Position numbers and translations under genes: made by a program. Below, in pieces: positions 26,911 to 37,967 of a stretch of DNA of 64,000 bases (the stretch's first letter is position 1; every line of letters begins with the position of its first letter). The stretch comes from Candidatus Krumholzibacteriota bacterium. GTDB lineage: Bacteria; Krumholzibacteriota; Krumholzibacteriia; Krumholzibacteriales; Krumholzibacteriaceae. The stretch is from assembly GCA_016932415.1 (NCBI GenBank), contig JAFGCX010000034.1, forward strand, positions 9,002 to 73,001, in the 5' to 3' direction. A model generated the notes under the pieces. It was not told where the DNA came from and ran no database searches. It was given only the letters and a program-made list of their open reading frames with translations.

Positions 26911-29900
26911 GTGAGTCTGAACAGACTGGAATTGGTGGGGTTCAAATCATTTATGTCTCCCGTCACGCTGGATTTCAATAAAGGAATAACGGCTATTCTG
27001 GGTCCGAATGGATGTGGGAAGACCAATGTGGTCGACGCTGTAAGATGGGTCCTTGGAGAACAAAGCGCCCGTCAGCTTCGAAGCAATAAGATGGAAAATG
27101 TCATCTTTAACGGAACGCAGCTTCACAAACCGACAGGTTTCGCTACTGTCTCGATGACGATCAATAATGAAAAGGGAGTCTTTCCGATCGACTACGCGGA
27201 GATCACTATCACCAGAAAGGTCTACCGTTCAGGGATAAGTGAGTATTTCATCAATAAGACCCCTTGCAGATTGAAAGATATCAGGGAGCTTTTTGCCGAT
27301 ACCGGGACGGGAAGCCATTCATACGCGGTCATCGAGCAGGAGATGGTCGAATACGTATTGAACGATGCTCACGGCGAGCGAAGGAATATGTTCGAAGAAG
27401 CGTCGGGTATCGTCAAGTACAGGATGCGCAGGGAAGAGGCGAAAAGGAAGCTTAAGCTGACTGAAGCAGATCTCGTCCGTCTCGACGATATCCTCGAGGA
27501 ACTTGGCAAGAATGTCAGGTCGTTGCGGTATCAGGTCGGAAAGACCAGGCGCTACAGGAAGATCAGCGAAAGAATAAAGGAATGGGGGACTATACAGCTA
27601 AGGAAAAATCTCTCCGCCTTTCTCGCGGAAAAAAGAGCGGCCGAGTCGGAACTTTCGCAGGCTAATGAATTGTCCGCTGAAGGGGGAGATTCTCTCAGCC
27701 AGTTTGAAAGAGAAGTCGAAGAGAAAAAATTCCTCCTAGTAGAGAACGAAAAAAGAAATTCTCAACTCCAGAATGAGCGTTATGAGGTGCGAAGGAAGAT
27801 CCAGGGTTCAGAGGAAAAGATCATCCAATATACCGAGCGCAAGGGTGAAGCGGAAAGGAAGATAGAACGGGCTCTGAGAGAGATCGAGGAAGCGGGCGCG
27901 AGACTCGAAAAGATCTCGGACAGGATATCCGGCGTGATCACAGAACAGAAAGGGACTTCCGAGCAGGCCAGGGAGGAAGAGGATGCTATCAGGGCGCTTG
28001 GTGGAAGATTCGAGGAAATATCTGTCAAGATCGAAAGAATGAAGAATGAACTGATCGATCTGAAACAGACGCAGCTCGATTTCCTTCAGGATAAGGTAAG
28101 GGTCCAGAGCAGTCAGGAACACTATGAAACGGTACTGAAAGAACTTGACGCCAGATCGCTCGAAATGCGAGAGAGAGTGACGGGACTTGAGGCTCAGGTC
28201 GGAGAGGTATCGGCTCTTTTCGGGGAGATGGATCAAAGGTTCAGGCAGCGGCAGGTGTCCCTGGCCGACCTGGAGAAAGAACGAGGTGATCTTTACGATC
28301 AACTCCAGGGAGTGGACAGGAGGCTGCCTGAAAGAGAATCAGTGTTATCCGAAAAGAAGACGGAACTGGCGAGAATGATCAGCCGTCATGAACTCTATTC
28401 AAGGATGAAAGAAGATTTCGAGGGATTTCCCGGAGGAGCGAGATATCTTCTTAAAAAGGGAGATTTAAGAGTAAAAGGCCCGCTGGCCGAGATGGTGAAG
28501 ATCGATGAAAAGTACAGGGTGGCACTGGAAGCCGTCCTGGGTGGACTGAGCGATGGCATAGTGGTCGACGATCTTCCCGGCGCGATGGAGCTGATATCGG
28601 AGATCTCCGAAAAAAGAAGGGGCAGCGTCAGGTTTTTTCTTGAAAAGGCCGATGGATGGGGAATCCCCTCTCCACCCGGGGTTATTCCAGGATTGATAGG
28701 CAGATTGAGCGGTTTTGTGGAAGTGCCGGAATCAAGAAAAAGTATGATAGAAAATCTTCTTGGCGGCACATATCTGTTCGATGATCCGAAGAAAGCGCTT
28801 GAGTTCGTGGAATCGGAGGAGGGGCGGGGGTTCGATGCCGTGACTCTTTCAGGGATATATTTCTGCCGGGGAAAGGGAATCTATTATTCCTGCAATTCTT
28901 CGGAAGAGATATCATTGATCGGGCGTTCAGGGGAAATAGAAAAGATGCAGAGCAATATCGATGGATTGAAAGAGACGGTCGCATCGGAAGAGATACTTTG
29001 CGAAAAGGAAAGAGCTGAGAAAGAAAGGCTGAGAAACCTGCTTGTCGATATTGATCAAAAGATAGTGGCAATGAGAAGCGCTCTTGCCGGAGATCAGGAG
29101 GAACTTCAGAAAGTCGAACGCGATTTCATAATGAAAAAGGAGAAATGTTCACTTTTAATGAAGTCTCTTGACGAGATCGAGAATTCAAGGGTCGAGACGC
29201 TTACGAAGCTTGAGGAACTCAGGCTTTCCATGGCGATGCGTCAGGATAATGGTGATGTCTCGGACTCGAAGAAGATCGAATCGGAGCTTTCCATGCTGAC
29301 CGGACGCAGAAATGAATTGGAAGCGGCTCTTACCGAAAGAAAGGTCAGGCTCGCGTCTCTCAAGGGATCACTGGATAAACATAAAGAAGAGATCCGGGGA
29401 CTGGGCGAGATGGAGAAACAGTTCAGCAGTATAATGCAGCAGAGAAACGAGGAGATAACCACATCGAAAGAAGAACTTGCCCGGCTTGGCGGCGATATCG
29501 AACGGGAACGGGCCGTTGTATCGGCTCTTCTCGAGGAGGAAAGGTCAAGTCAGAAGGATATCGATGAGCTTCGGGATATCCTCGATGATATGCGCGGCGG
29601 GATTTCGCTGATGGAGAAGGATCTCAAGACGAGGCAGGAAGAAAAAGAGAGGATCTTCACAAGGATCAACGACGTGAAGATCAGGCTGAGCACCATAGAT
29701 ACAAGAATAAAGGATCTCGTCGAACGCGGGTTCGAGATATATCAGGAGGACCTCGGCTCATATCTTGAAGGCACGGAGATTCCTCTGACCGAGGAAGAAA
29801 AGAATATCACCCGGGAGATGCTCGACAGGGAGAAGAAAAAACTCGAAAGTCTTGGTCCGGTCAATCTTGCTGCTATCGAGGAATACGATGAGAAGAAGAA

Positions 29901-30516
29901 CAGGCTGGATTTTCTTATCGCGCAGAAAGAGGACCTCGATAAGGCTAAAGAAGAGCTGCGCGAAGCTATCAGCCGTATCAACAGCCGCGCCAGGAAACTT
30001 TTCATCGAGACTTTTGACATCGTCAAAGAGTATTTCAGCGAGATCTTCACAGTCCTGTTCGAAGGAGGAGAGGCTTCTCTAGCGCTTGAAGAGGGGACCG
30101 ACCCGCTTGAAGCCGAGATAATAATATCAGCCAGGCCTAAAGGTAAGAGGTTTCAGGATATCTCGCTGCTGTCCGGAGGCGAGCGCGCCCTGACGGCAAT
30201 GGCGCTGCTGTTCGCTCTTTACAAGGCCAAACCATCTCCATTCTGTATATTCGACGAAGTTGACGCTCCTCTTGATGATGCCAATATACAGAGGTTCGTC
30301 CGGATGCTTAAAAAGTTCTCGGATGAAACGCAGTTTATCATAATCACCCACAACAAACGTACTATGGAAGCGGCAACCATGCTGTTCGGAGTGACGATGG
30401 AACAGAAGGGTGTCTCCAAGATCGTCTCCGTGGATCTGACCGAGGTAGAATCGGTCCTTCAGAACAGGACAGCTCCCGCCGAGGCGATGGTCGAAGCGCC
30501 GGTTGCTTCCAATTAG
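26911..30516 (+). CDS. smc: Chromosome segregation protein SMC
   Basis: GFKSF, GPNGCGKTN, coiled coils and hinge, LGPVNLAAIEEY, LLSGGER, FDEVDAPLDDAN, ITHNK. Confidence 0.99.
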   Translation: MSLNRLELVGFKSFMSPVTLDFNKGITAILGPNGCGKTNVVDAVRWVLGEQSARQLRSNKMENVIFNGTQLHKPTGFATVSMTINNEKGVFPIDYAEITITRKVYRSGISEYFINKTPCRLKDIRELFADTGTGSHSYAVIEQEMVEYVLNDAHGERRNMFEEASGIVKYRMRREEAKRKLKLTEADLVRLDDILEELGKNVRSLRYQVGKTRRYRKISERIKEWGTIQLRKNLSAFLAEKRAAESELSQANELSAEGGDSLSQFEREVEEKKFLLVENEKRNSQLQNERYEVRRKIQGSEEKIIQYTERKGEAERKIERALREIEEAGARLEKISDRISGVITEQKGTSEQAREEEDAIRALGGRFEEISVKIERMKNELIDLKQTQLDFLQDKVRVQSSQEHYETVLKELDARSLEMRERVTGLEAQVGEVSALFGEMDQRFRQRQVSLADLEKERGDLYDQLQGVDRRLPERESVLSEKKTELARMISRHELYSRMKEDFEGFPGGARYLLKKGDLRVKGPLAEMVKIDEKYRVALEAVLGGLSDGIVVDDLPGAMELISEISEKRRGSVRFFLEKADGWGIPSPPGVIPGLIGRLSGFVEVPESRKSMIENLLGGTYLFDDPKKALEFVESEEGRGFDAVTLSGIYFCRGKGIYYSCNSSEEISLIGRSGEIEKMQSNIDGLKETVASEEILCEKERAEKERLRNLLVDIDQKIVAMRSALAGDQEELQKVERDFIMKKEKCSLLMKSLDEIENSRVETLTKLEELRLSMAMRQDNGDVSDSKKIESELSMLTGRRNELEAALTERKVRLASLKGSLDKHKEEIRGLGEMEKQFSSIMQQRNEEITTSKEELARLGGDIERERAVVSALLEEERSSQKDIDELRDILDDMRGGISLMEKDLKTRQEEKERIFTRINDVKIRLSTIDTRIKDLVERGFEIYQEDLGSYLEGTEIPLTEEEKNITREMLDREKKKLESLGPVNLAAIEEYDEKKNRLDFLIAQKEDLDKAKEELREAISRINSRARKLFIETFDIVKEYFSEIFTVLFEGGEASLALEEGTDPLEAEIIISARPKGKRFQDISLLSGGERALTAMALLFALYKAKPSPFCIFDEVDAPLDDANIQRFVRMLKKFSDETQFIIITHNKRTMEAATMLFGVTMEQKGVSKIVSVDLTEVESVLQNRTAPAEAMVEAPVASN

Positions 30517-30531
30517 GGAAGAAATATCGGG

Positions 30532-31428
30532 ATGAAAAGGATCGTCAGGGGATTGGGAAAGACGAAAGAGCGTCTTTTCGCTCCGCTTAGAAAAATATTC
30601 TCGTCAGGTACTTTAGACGAAAATGCCGCACGGGATCTTGAGGATCTTCTGTTTTCAGCCGATCTCGGGGTCGAAGCTACCGAGAGGATAATAGAAAAAG
30701 TGAAGGAAAAGCAGCGGGCGCAGGGGAGTGGCGCGGAAGATTTCCTCAAAGTCATAAATGACGAACTGATGTCAGAGATCGAAGATGTCCCACCGTATAC
30801 AATCCCTGAAGGATCCCCCAGAGTGATAGTAATGACAGGAGTCAACGGAGTCGGCAAGACTTCGACTATCGGAAAACTCGCAAGCCGTTTCAAAGCTGAC
30901 GGAGAGGACGTCCTGCTGGCTGCCTGCGATACTTTCAGGGCCGCTGCGATAGAACAACTTGAATTATGGGCAAAGAAAACAGGTTCTCCGATAGTCAGGC
31001 AGGAAATGGGGTCGGATCCCGCGGCGGTAGCTTTCGATGCCGTCAACTCAGCCATCGCAAAGGGGATCGGAACTGTTATCATTGATACTGCCGGAAGGCT
31101 TCACACGAAATCAAACCTGATGGAAGAGTTGAAAAAGATATTCCGGGTCATCGGTTCGAGGATGCCGGAGGCCGCGGTCGAGGCCTGGCTCGTAATAGAC
31201 GCCAACTCGGGGCAGAACAGTATCCGACAGGCTGAAGTCTTTGTCGAAGCCCTTCCGGTGACGGCACTCATCCTGACTAAACTTGACAGTACAGCAAAGG
31301 GTGGAGCAGTAATTCCGATACAGAGGGATCTTCGCGTACCTGTCCTCTTCACTGGAGTCGGGGAGGGAGTCCTTGATCTCGAACCGTTTGATTCTCAATC
31401 ATTTATCTCTGCCCTGTTAAGCGAGTGA
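30532..31428 (+). CDS. ftsY: Signal recognition particle receptor FtsY (NG-only form)
   Basis: GVNGVGKTSTIGKLA, DTFRAAA.EQL, DTAGRLH, TKLD.TAKGG. Confidence 0.98.
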   Translation: MKRIVRGLGKTKERLFAPLRKIFSSGTLDENAARDLEDLLFSADLGVEATERIIEKVKEKQRAQGSGAEDFLKVINDELMSEIEDVPPYTIPEGSPRVIVMTGVNGVGKTSTIGKLASRFKADGEDVLLAACDTFRAAAIEQLELWAKKTGSPIVRQEMGSDPAAVAFDAVNSAIAKGIGTVIIDTAGRLHTKSNLMEELKKIFRVIGSRMPEAAVEAWLVIDANSGQNSIRQAEVFVEALPVTALILTKLDSTAKGGAVIPIQRDLRVPVLFTGVGEGVLDLEPFDSQSFISALLSE

Positions 31429-31587
31429 CCGGTACCGTTCCTGCCACAGCCGCTTGCCGTCCGATCTCCCCGGTCCTCTCCGAAGGCGGGCAGCCAAAAA
31501 AAAATATAAAATCAATCAAGTTGTCGGGTAGTCCATCCGAATATCCTTCATAGACAGAATATGACGTTTCCAGATATCGAGAGGTGG

Positions 31588-33060
31588 ATGATGAAATTGC
31601 GTTTTCATCTTGGATCGATCAGAAGCAGACTGATCTATTCTACATTCGTTATTGTCATGATCATAACGATAATTCATGGGGTATACGAAGAAATTCATTA
31701 CAGGAACATGGCAAACGCTGACCTTGAGACGAAGATGCTCGACATCTCCAATATCATCGCGTTCAATATAGGAGCCAGCCTCGAGTTCAATGACTACGGG
31801 GCGACTCTCGAAACGCTTGAATCCCTGTCGCAGATGAAGGAACTGAAGATGGTGTCGGTCTATGACGACAGCGGTGAACTGGTCACGACCTATGCAAGCG
31901 AGAAAACCGGTGACGGCGGAGTGCCCCTCGAACCGGTACCGGAGAATGACGATGCTCTTCTCAAGAGGAGCAGCGAAGGCCTGTTCATCTACAGGAATGT
32001 CGTAGTCGATGGGAAATCGCTCGGAACGATAGCTCTCAAGGTATCCCTTGAGAGGGTCAACAGCGTGCTCCAGAACAACAGGATATTCAACCTCATAACC
32101 CTGCTCGTCTATGGAGTCGCGTTGACGATCATTTCCATAATCAGCGGTAATGTACTTATTAAACCGATTCTGAAACTGAGGGATTTCGCGCAGACTCTTG
32201 CCCTTGGTGATTTCACCGTAAGGATGGAGATCGCAAGCGACGACGAGATAGGCGACCTGACGAGTTCGATCAATATCATGGCCAACGATATGAGCCTCGC
32301 GCTCCAGCAGGTGATCGACGCGAGCAGGAAAGTGGCCGATACTTCCTCGCGACTTTCGAGGACTTCCCAGCATGTGACGACAACGACGGAGGAGATCAGC
32401 GTCAATACGCGGCAGATAACACAAAACTCGATAAACGCTGCCAAAGTGACGAAACAGGCGATGGATTCGGCACTGAAAGGTGAAGAAGTAGTCAAAAGGT
32501 CGCTTACCGGGATGAACAAGGTCAGTTCGAAGATAGAAGATTCCACGCAGATGATGAAGGACCTCGGGCACAGCTCGAAGGAGATCGATATCATAATCAA
32601 CGTGATCGATGAAATCGCCGATCAGACAAACCTTCTCGCCCTTAACGCGGCGATCGAGGCTGCCCGCGCGGGGGAGCAGGGTAAGGGATTCTCCGTGGTC
32701 GCCGATGAGATAAGAAAGCTGGCGGAAAAAACTGTAGCCGCTACGAAAGAGATCTCTTCGAAGATAACCACGATCCAGGAGGACGCTCGCCAGATGATAT
32801 CGTCGATGAAAGAAAATGTCGATGAGGTGCAGAAGGGATCCGTCCTTTCCAATGAGGCAGGAGCGGCTCTCAGCGAGATCAGGGATCTTGTCACAGGGAG
32901 CAGCGATATGATACAGCAGATCGCTGATGCCGCCAGTGAACACCTGACAGTCACGGAAAGTATGACAAACAGCGTCGAGGAGACGATGCGCGAAGCGCAG
33001 GAACTTGACCAGATGGCCGAGAGCCTTCAGCAACTCGTCAGCAGATTCAAGATACTGTAG
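31588..33060 (+). CDS. Methyl-accepting chemotaxis protein (TM, CHASE8-like sensor, TM, HAMP, MCP signal domain)
   Basis: [37 protein letters not shown]; HAMP DEIGDL..SIN.M; sensor IA.N..ASLEFND...VYD..G. Confidence 0.95.
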   Translation: MMKLRFHLGSIRSRLIYSTFVIVMIITIIHGVYEEIHYRNMANADLETKMLDISNIIAFNIGASLEFNDYGATLETLESLSQMKELKMVSVYDDSGELVTTYASEKTGDGGVPLEPVPENDDALLKRSSEGLFIYRNVVVDGKSLGTIALKVSLERVNSVLQNNRIFNLITLLVYGVALTIISIISGNVLIKPILKLRDFAQTLALGDFTVRMEIASDDEIGDLTSSINIMANDMSLALQQVIDASRKVADTSSRLSRTSQHVTTTTEEISVNTRQITQNSINAAKVTKQAMDSALKGEEVVKRSLTGMNKVSSKIEDSTQMMKDLGHSSKEIDIIINVIDEIADQTNLLALNAAIEAARAGEQGKGFSVVADEIRKLAEKTVAATKEISSKITTIQEDARQMISSMKENVDEVQKGSVLSNEAGAALSEIRDLVTGSSDMIQQIADAASEHLTVTESMTNSVEETMREAQELDQMAESLQQLVSRFKIL

Positions 33061-33071
33061 ATCATACTTAC

Positions 33072-33099
33072 TTGACAGCCGGATTATTTTTCCTATAAT
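33072..33099 (+). promoter_or_regulatory. sigma70 promoter of the rib operon
   Basis: Perfect TTGACA-N16-TATAAT just upstream of the riboswitch. Confidence 0.75.
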
Positions 33100-33126
33100 T
33101 GTGATACAGGTAATATTATACCTGAT

Positions 33127-33246
33127 AGACCTTCGGGGCGGGGTGAGATTCCCCACCGGCGGTGACAGTCCGCGAATGGATGTAAAAATCCACTGACCCG
33201 GTGAAATTCCGGGACCGACAGTTAAAGTCTGGATGGGAGAAGGTTC
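33127..33246 (+). ncRNA. FMN riboswitch (RFN element)
   Basis: CTTCGGGGCGGGGTGAGATTCCCCACCGGCGGT...CCGGTGAAATTCCGGGACCGACAGTTAAAGTCTGGATGGGAGAAG directly upstream of ribD. Confidence 0.96.
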
Positions 33247-33338
33247 AGGAACTTCTGCGCGCGGATGACCAGCCAGGAGCGGACCGGCGCTTTTCTCATC
33301 ATTTCCCCGGTATAAAATTTTCATGGAGCCTGCGGATT

Positions 33339-34463
33339 TTGCACGAAGAAGATATATATATATCCAGGGCGCTCGATCTCGCGGAAAAAGGGATCGGAAG
33401 GACTTTTCCCAACCCTCTTGTCGGAGCGGTGATAGTCCAGGGCGGAGAGATCGTGGGAGAAGGGTTTCACGCGAGGGCGGGAGGACCGCATGCCGAGGTC
33501 GAAGCGATTCTCAGCGCCGGAGAGAAAGCGAGAGGGAGCGATCTCTATCTGAACCTCGAACCGTGCTGCCATTTCGGCAAGACGCCTCCTTGCACCGATG
33601 CCATTCTCGATGCGGGGATCTCAAGGGTAGTATGCAGTATCCAGGATCCCGATCGCAGGGTCAGCGGGAAGGGGATCGCTCTGCTCCGGGAAAAAGGCAT
33701 CAAGGTCGATACAGGAACGAAGGCTGACGAAGCGCTACAGTTGAATCTTCCATATATACACAAGGCGATAACGGGCAGGCCTTTTATAGTCCTGAAACTT
33801 GCTCTTTCACTCGATGGAGGGCTAAATGCGGCCGATGGAAGATATCTTTCGTCGGACCGCTCAAGGCGGGAAGTCCATCATCTCAGGTCATGGCTGGAAT
33901 CGATCGCGGTGGGAAAAGGTACGTTCGATGCTGACGATCCGATACTTGACAGGAGGATGTTCGACGAAAGCCTTTCCGCGCCGATAAGGATACTGTTCGA
34001 TTCCAGGTTTGCCTTTCCCGCCGGGCATCGGTGGACCGATACTCCCGACCGTCTGCTGATTTACTGTCTTTCAGGCGCTGACAGGAGAAAACGCTCCGAA
34101 TTCTCCGCCAGGGGATTGGAAGTAATCGAACTGCCGGAGAAAGATGGAATGATAGATATCGGGGCATGGATCGAGGATATCTCATCGAGGGAGATCACAT
34201 CCGTTCTCGTCGAGGGAGGAGGCATGCTGGCGACTTCGATGATGAACGAAGGCGCGGTCGACAGGTTGATCCTTTTTCATGCTCCCGTACTGTCGGGAGA
34301 AGATGGAAAGGGATGGTACCGGCACAATGGTGTTCCTGACTGGTTCAACAGGGGAAAATTAAGGCTGCTCAGGCTAGAGAGGTTTGAAGACGATATCATG
34401 GCTGTTTATGACAGGGAAGAACTTGGTTCATATGGTGATATCGTGAGGGGAGTCGAATCGTAG
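33339..34463 (+). CDS. ribD: Riboflavin deaminase/reductase RibD
   Basis: PNPLVGAV, HAEV, LEPCCH.GKTPPC, SLDG, VLVEGG; TTG start chosen because the ORF-track start lies inside the riboswitch. Confidence 0.95.
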   Translation: MHEEDIYISRALDLAEKGIGRTFPNPLVGAVIVQGGEIVGEGFHARAGGPHAEVEAILSAGEKARGSDLYLNLEPCCHFGKTPPCTDAILDAGISRVVCSIQDPDRRVSGKGIALLREKGIKVDTGTKADEALQLNLPYIHKAITGRPFIVLKLALSLDGGLNAADGRYLSSDRSRREVHHLRSWLESIAVGKGTFDADDPILDRRMFDESLSAPIRILFDSRFAFPAGHRWTDTPDRLLIYCLSGADRRKRSEFSARGLEVIELPEKDGMIDIGAWIEDISSREITSVLVEGGGMLATSMMNEGAVDRLILFHAPVLSGEDGKGWYRHNGVPDWFNRGKLRLLRLERFEDDIMAVYDREELGSYGDIVRGVES

Positions 34464-35042
34464 ATGTTTACGGGACTCGTCGAGACGACTGGAAAGGTGC
34501 TTTCTCTTTCGCGAAATTCAAGAGGGGCGAAGATCGTCGTCGAATCAGATATTGAGCACCTGGTCAGGGGAGAGAGTATCGCCATAAACGGAACATGTCA
34601 GACGGTCGCGCTGATAAAAGATGACAGTTTCTCATGCGATATTCTGCCTGAGACGCTTCGAGTGACCAACCTCGGGATGCTTAAACCGGGTCAGCGGGTA
34701 AACCTTGAAAGAGCGATGCGCCCCCACGACCGGCTCGGGGGGCATATTGTCAACGGTCATATAGATGGAACGGGGAAAGTCAGAAGAATATCAAGAAATC
34801 CGGGTAGTATAGAGATATCGGTGCCACCCGGGATCTCGCGATATCTTGTCGCGAAAGGTTCGGTCGCTGTCGATGGTATCAGCCTTACCATCGGGCCGAA
34901 ACCGGGTGAGAAGAGTTTCAAAGTGTTCGTGATACCGCACACATGGGAGAATACGACGCTGGAAGATCTCTCTCCAGGATCAATAGTGAATATCGAGGTC
35001 GATATTCTTGCCAAATATATAGATAAATTATCAGGTAGATAA
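34464..35042 (+). CDS. ribE: Riboflavin synthase
   Basis: MFTGLVE, VNLERA, LGGH.V.GHIDG, KGSVAVDGISLT, VNIEVD. Confidence 0.97.
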   Translation: MFTGLVETTGKVLSLSRNSRGAKIVVESDIEHLVRGESIAINGTCQTVALIKDDSFSCDILPETLRVTNLGMLKPGQRVNLERAMRPHDRLGGHIVNGHIDGTGKVRRISRNPGSIEISVPPGISRYLVAKGSVAVDGISLTIGPKPGEKSFKVFVIPHTWENTTLEDLSPGSIVNIEVDILAKYIDKLSGR

Positions 35043-35086
35043 CTTTTCGATCAAGGGAAAGACGGCAGAGCAAGGGGTGAGAGACA

Positions 35087-36304
35087 GTGGAAGGATTCAG
35101 TTCGATTGAAGATGCTCTAGAGGACATTCGCGAAGGAAAGATGGTCATTGTAGTCGATGATGAGAGCCGCGAAAACGAGGGCGATATCATCATGGCTGCC
35201 GAAAAAGTAGATGCTGAAAAGATAAATTTTATAGCGAAGCACGCGAGGGGACTGATCTGCGTCGCTCTTCTCGGCAAGCGGCTGGGCGAACTCCGCCTCG
35301 GCATGATGGTTCAGGAGAATACGGCGAGGATGAATACTCCTTTTACCGTCTCCGTAGACGCGATCCACGGCACCACGACCGGCATCTCGGCTTTCGACAG
35401 GGCTGTTACTATCAAAGCCCTGATAGATCCGGGGACGCGACCGGAGGATCTCGCGAGGCCCGGGCATATATTTCCGCTCAGGGCAGTCGATAGCGGAGTA
35501 CTTCGCAGAGCCGGACATACCGAAGCCGCAGTCGATCTGACCAGAATGGCGGGACTACGGCCGGGAGGGCTCCTCTGCGAGATAATGGCCGAGGATGGAA
35601 GTATGGCAAGGGGAGCTGAACTAAGGGATTTTTCAGAAAAATTCGGTCTGAGGATGATCACTATATGCGATCTTATTGAATACAGGCGTAAAAAGGAAAA
35701 ACTTATCAAGAGGATCGCCGACGCAAGCCTGCCTACCAGGTACGGGGAATTCAGGCTTTTGGCGTATGAAGGAACGATAGACGGATCGGAATCGGTCGCG
35801 CTGGTGATGGGAGAGCCCTGGAAAGAGGAAAAAGCTCTGGTGCGAGTCCACTCTCAGTGCCTGACCGGAGATGTTTTCCATTCGCTGAGGTGCGATTGCG
35901 GCAATCAGCTTGACGCGGCGATGAAAATGATCGCCGAGCGCGGAAGTGGCGTCCTTTTATATATTCAGCAGGAAGGGCGCGGGATAGGGCTCGTCAACAA
36001 AGTACGGGCGTATGAACTCCAGGACAGGGGCAGGGATACGGTAGAAGCGAATGAAGAGCTGGGATTTCCCGCAGATCTGAGAGATTACGGGACCGGAGCC
36101 CAGATACTCGCCGATCTTGGTTTGCACAAGATAGAGCTTCTTACGAACAATCCCAAGAAGATAATCGGGTTGAAAGCTTATGGTCTTGAGGTAGTCGAAA
36201 GGGTATCGATCGAGACTGTTCCGAACACACGGAACTTCAGGTATCTTTCGACCAAGAGGGAAAAACTGGGCCATCTGTTCAGCGATCTGACAGGGGAAGA
36301 ATAA
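35087..36304 (+). CDS. ribBA: Bifunctional DHBP synthase / GTP cyclohydrolase II
   Basis: [53 protein letters not shown]. Confidence 0.98.
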   Translation: MEGFSSIEDALEDIREGKMVIVVDDESRENEGDIIMAAEKVDAEKINFIAKHARGLICVALLGKRLGELRLGMMVQENTARMNTPFTVSVDAIHGTTTGISAFDRAVTIKALIDPGTRPEDLARPGHIFPLRAVDSGVLRRAGHTEAAVDLTRMAGLRPGGLLCEIMAEDGSMARGAELRDFSEKFGLRMITICDLIEYRRKKEKLIKRIADASLPTRYGEFRLLAYEGTIDGSESVALVMGEPWKEEKALVRVHSQCLTGDVFHSLRCDCGNQLDAAMKMIAERGSGVLLYIQQEGRGIGLVNKVRAYELQDRGRDTVEANEELGFPADLRDYGTGAQILADLGLHKIELLTNNPKKIIGLKAYGLEVVERVSIETVPNTRNFRYLSTKREKLGHLFSDLTGEE

Positions 36305-36341
36305 CTGACTTTTGTACGGGAAAGCATCGAAAGGAGAGGAT

Positions 36342-36812
36342 ATGGCGATCGAGAGAAATGGAAAGTTGATAGGGACCGGCATGAAACTGGCCGTAGTCGT
36401 CGGCAGGTTCAACGAACTGGTAACGGGGCATCTGTTGTCGGGGGCCCTGGATTGCCTGATACGGCATGGCGTAGATGACGGGGATATAGTGATCTACAGG
36501 GTCCCGGGATCATTCGAAGTCCCGCAGGCCGCGAGAAAAGCGGTAGAGACCAAGGTCGACGCTGTTATATGCGTCGGCACCCTGATAAGGGGAGATACTC
36601 CGCATTTCGATATACTGGCCAGCCAGGTCGTCAGGGACCTGTCAAGTGTAGCGATCGAATCGGGAAAACCGGTCACATTCGGCATTATAACTGCCGATAC
36701 GCAGGAGCAGGCTCTTGAAAGAGCCGGTAGTAAAGCGGGAAACAAGGGATGGCAGGCCGCCCTTTCGGCGATCGAGATGGCCAGTCTCTGGAAAGAGATC
36801 GAGAAGGGATGA
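36342..36812 (+). CDS. ribH: 6,7-dimethyl-8-ribityllumazine synthase
   Basis: RFNE.V, VPGSFE.P, IRGDTPHF, NKG.QAALSAIEM. Confidence 0.98.
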   Translation: MAIERNGKLIGTGMKLAVVVGRFNELVTGHLLSGALDCLIRHGVDDGDIVIYRVPGSFEVPQAARKAVETKVDAVICVGTLIRGDTPHFDILASQVVRDLSSVAIESGKPVTFGIITADTQEQALERAGSKAGNKGWQAALSAIEMASLWKEIEKG

Positions 36813-37219
36813 GCCGAAGAAGAAAAGCCAGGGAGATAATCCTTCAAACGCTTTATTCCATCGATATCGCCGAAAGGAAATGGGAAGAAGCGCTCAACGA
36901 CACGGTGACCCGGAGAGGTTCTACCGACGAGACCGTTGAATATGCCAGGCGGGTCCTCGCCAGCATACTGGAATCCAGGGAAAGACTGGATAGTATGATA
37001 GAGGGATCGCTGGAGAACTGGAAGCTTGAAAGAGTAGCTCTCGTCGACAGGATCATTCTTCAGATAGCTCTTGCCGAACTGATCGATTGTCCGGAAGTGC
37101 CTACCGGAGTGATCATAAATGAGGCGATAGAAATAGCACACAAGTTCAGTTCGAGCAAAGCGGGAAGTTTTGTCAACGGCATTCTGGACAAGCTGGCAAA
37201 GGAGGTCCGCAACGAGTGA
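36809..37219 (+). CDS. nusB: Transcription antitermination factor NusB
   Basis: MSRRRKARE..LQ.LY, W.LER...VDR.IL, INEAIEIA, FVNGILD; ATGA overlap with ribH. Confidence 0.97.
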   Translation: MSRRRKAREIILQTLYSIDIAERKWEEALNDTVTRRGSTDETVEYARRVLASILESRERLDSMIEGSLENWKLERVALVDRIILQIALAELIDCPEVPTGVIINEAIEIAHKFSSSKAGSFVNGILDKLAKEVRNE

Positions 37220-37947
37220 AGCTGTTTGTCTGTGGAGATATTCATGGAAATCTCAGGGCGATAGACGCGGCACTCGCGGTATACAGGAAGAACGCTCCGT
37301 GCCGATTTCTTTTTCTTGGAGACGCCGTAGGGTACGGGGCTCATCCGGACGCCGTCCTCGACCGGGTTCTCGCTCTGCCGGAGTCCATCCTGATCCTTGG
37401 CAATCATGAATGGGCCCTGCTTGACAAGGATGAAAAAACCGTCATGAATCCGGTCGCTGTTGATTCGGTCAAGTGGACCGAAAGAAAGATATTTCCCCGG
37501 TACCGGAACAAGCTTGTAAGAAGATTCCGGATCATGGAAAAGAACAACGATTATATCGCGGCGCATGGTTCTCCAATCGCGCCGAAAGAATGGCATTATG
37601 TCTTTTCTGAATATGACGCGACGGAAATTTTTTATAAATTTGATTTTAATCTGTGTTTTATCGGGCACACACATATTCCTATGGTGTATACTTTCAGTGA
37701 CGGTGTGATCGATCTTGTTCCAGGAATCCCTTTCAGGCTTCAAGAGGATCAGCGTTATATCATAAATCCCGGAAGTGTAGGGCAGCCCAGGGATGGAGAT
37801 TCCAGGGCGTCTTTTTGTATTTTTGACGAGGAAGACAGAACGGTCACATTGTTCAGGGTCGAATATGATGCGAGGGCCGAAGCTGACGATATTATAAATG
37901 CCGGCCTTCCGGCGGAGTTGGCCTTAAGACTCATCAGCGGCTACTGA
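37216..37947 (+). CDS. Metallophosphoesterase (calcineurin-like)
   Basis: DIHGN, LGDAVGYG, GNHE, HGSP, GHTH, INPGSVGQPRDGD. Confidence 0.93.
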   Translation: MKLFVCGDIHGNLRAIDAALAVYRKNAPCRFLFLGDAVGYGAHPDAVLDRVLALPESILILGNHEWALLDKDEKTVMNPVAVDSVKWTERKIFPRYRNKLVRRFRIMEKNNDYIAAHGSPIAPKEWHYVFSEYDATEIFYKFDFNLCFIGHTHIPMVYTFSDGVIDLVPGIPFRLQEDQRYIINPGSVGQPRDGDSRASFCIFDEEDRTVTLFRVEYDARAEADDIINAGLPAELALRLISGY

Positions 37948-37967
37948 AAACCGATGGAGCGAAGAGA

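Noticed and set aside
27400-29960. GAA/GAG-rich quasi-periodic sequence in smc, and acidic tails of rplY and the SPOR protein
   Set aside because: Explained by coiled-coil and acidic low-complexity coding; not a DNA repeat array.
31441-31504. GC-rich imperfect hairpin plus A9 after ftsY as an intrinsic terminator
   Set aside because: The A-run follows the hairpin on + (the T-run precedes it on -), which is the wrong geometry for either strand.
31516-33324. 602-aa minus-strand ORF
   Set aside because: Antisense shadow of the MCP gene that also crosses the rib promoter and riboswitch; no recognisable motifs. Long antisense frames are common opposite MCP coiled-coil genes.
33201-33338. ORF-track N-terminal extension of ribD
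   Set aside because: Lies within the FMN aptamer and expression platform; TTG at 33339 with an upstream GGAG fits RibD.
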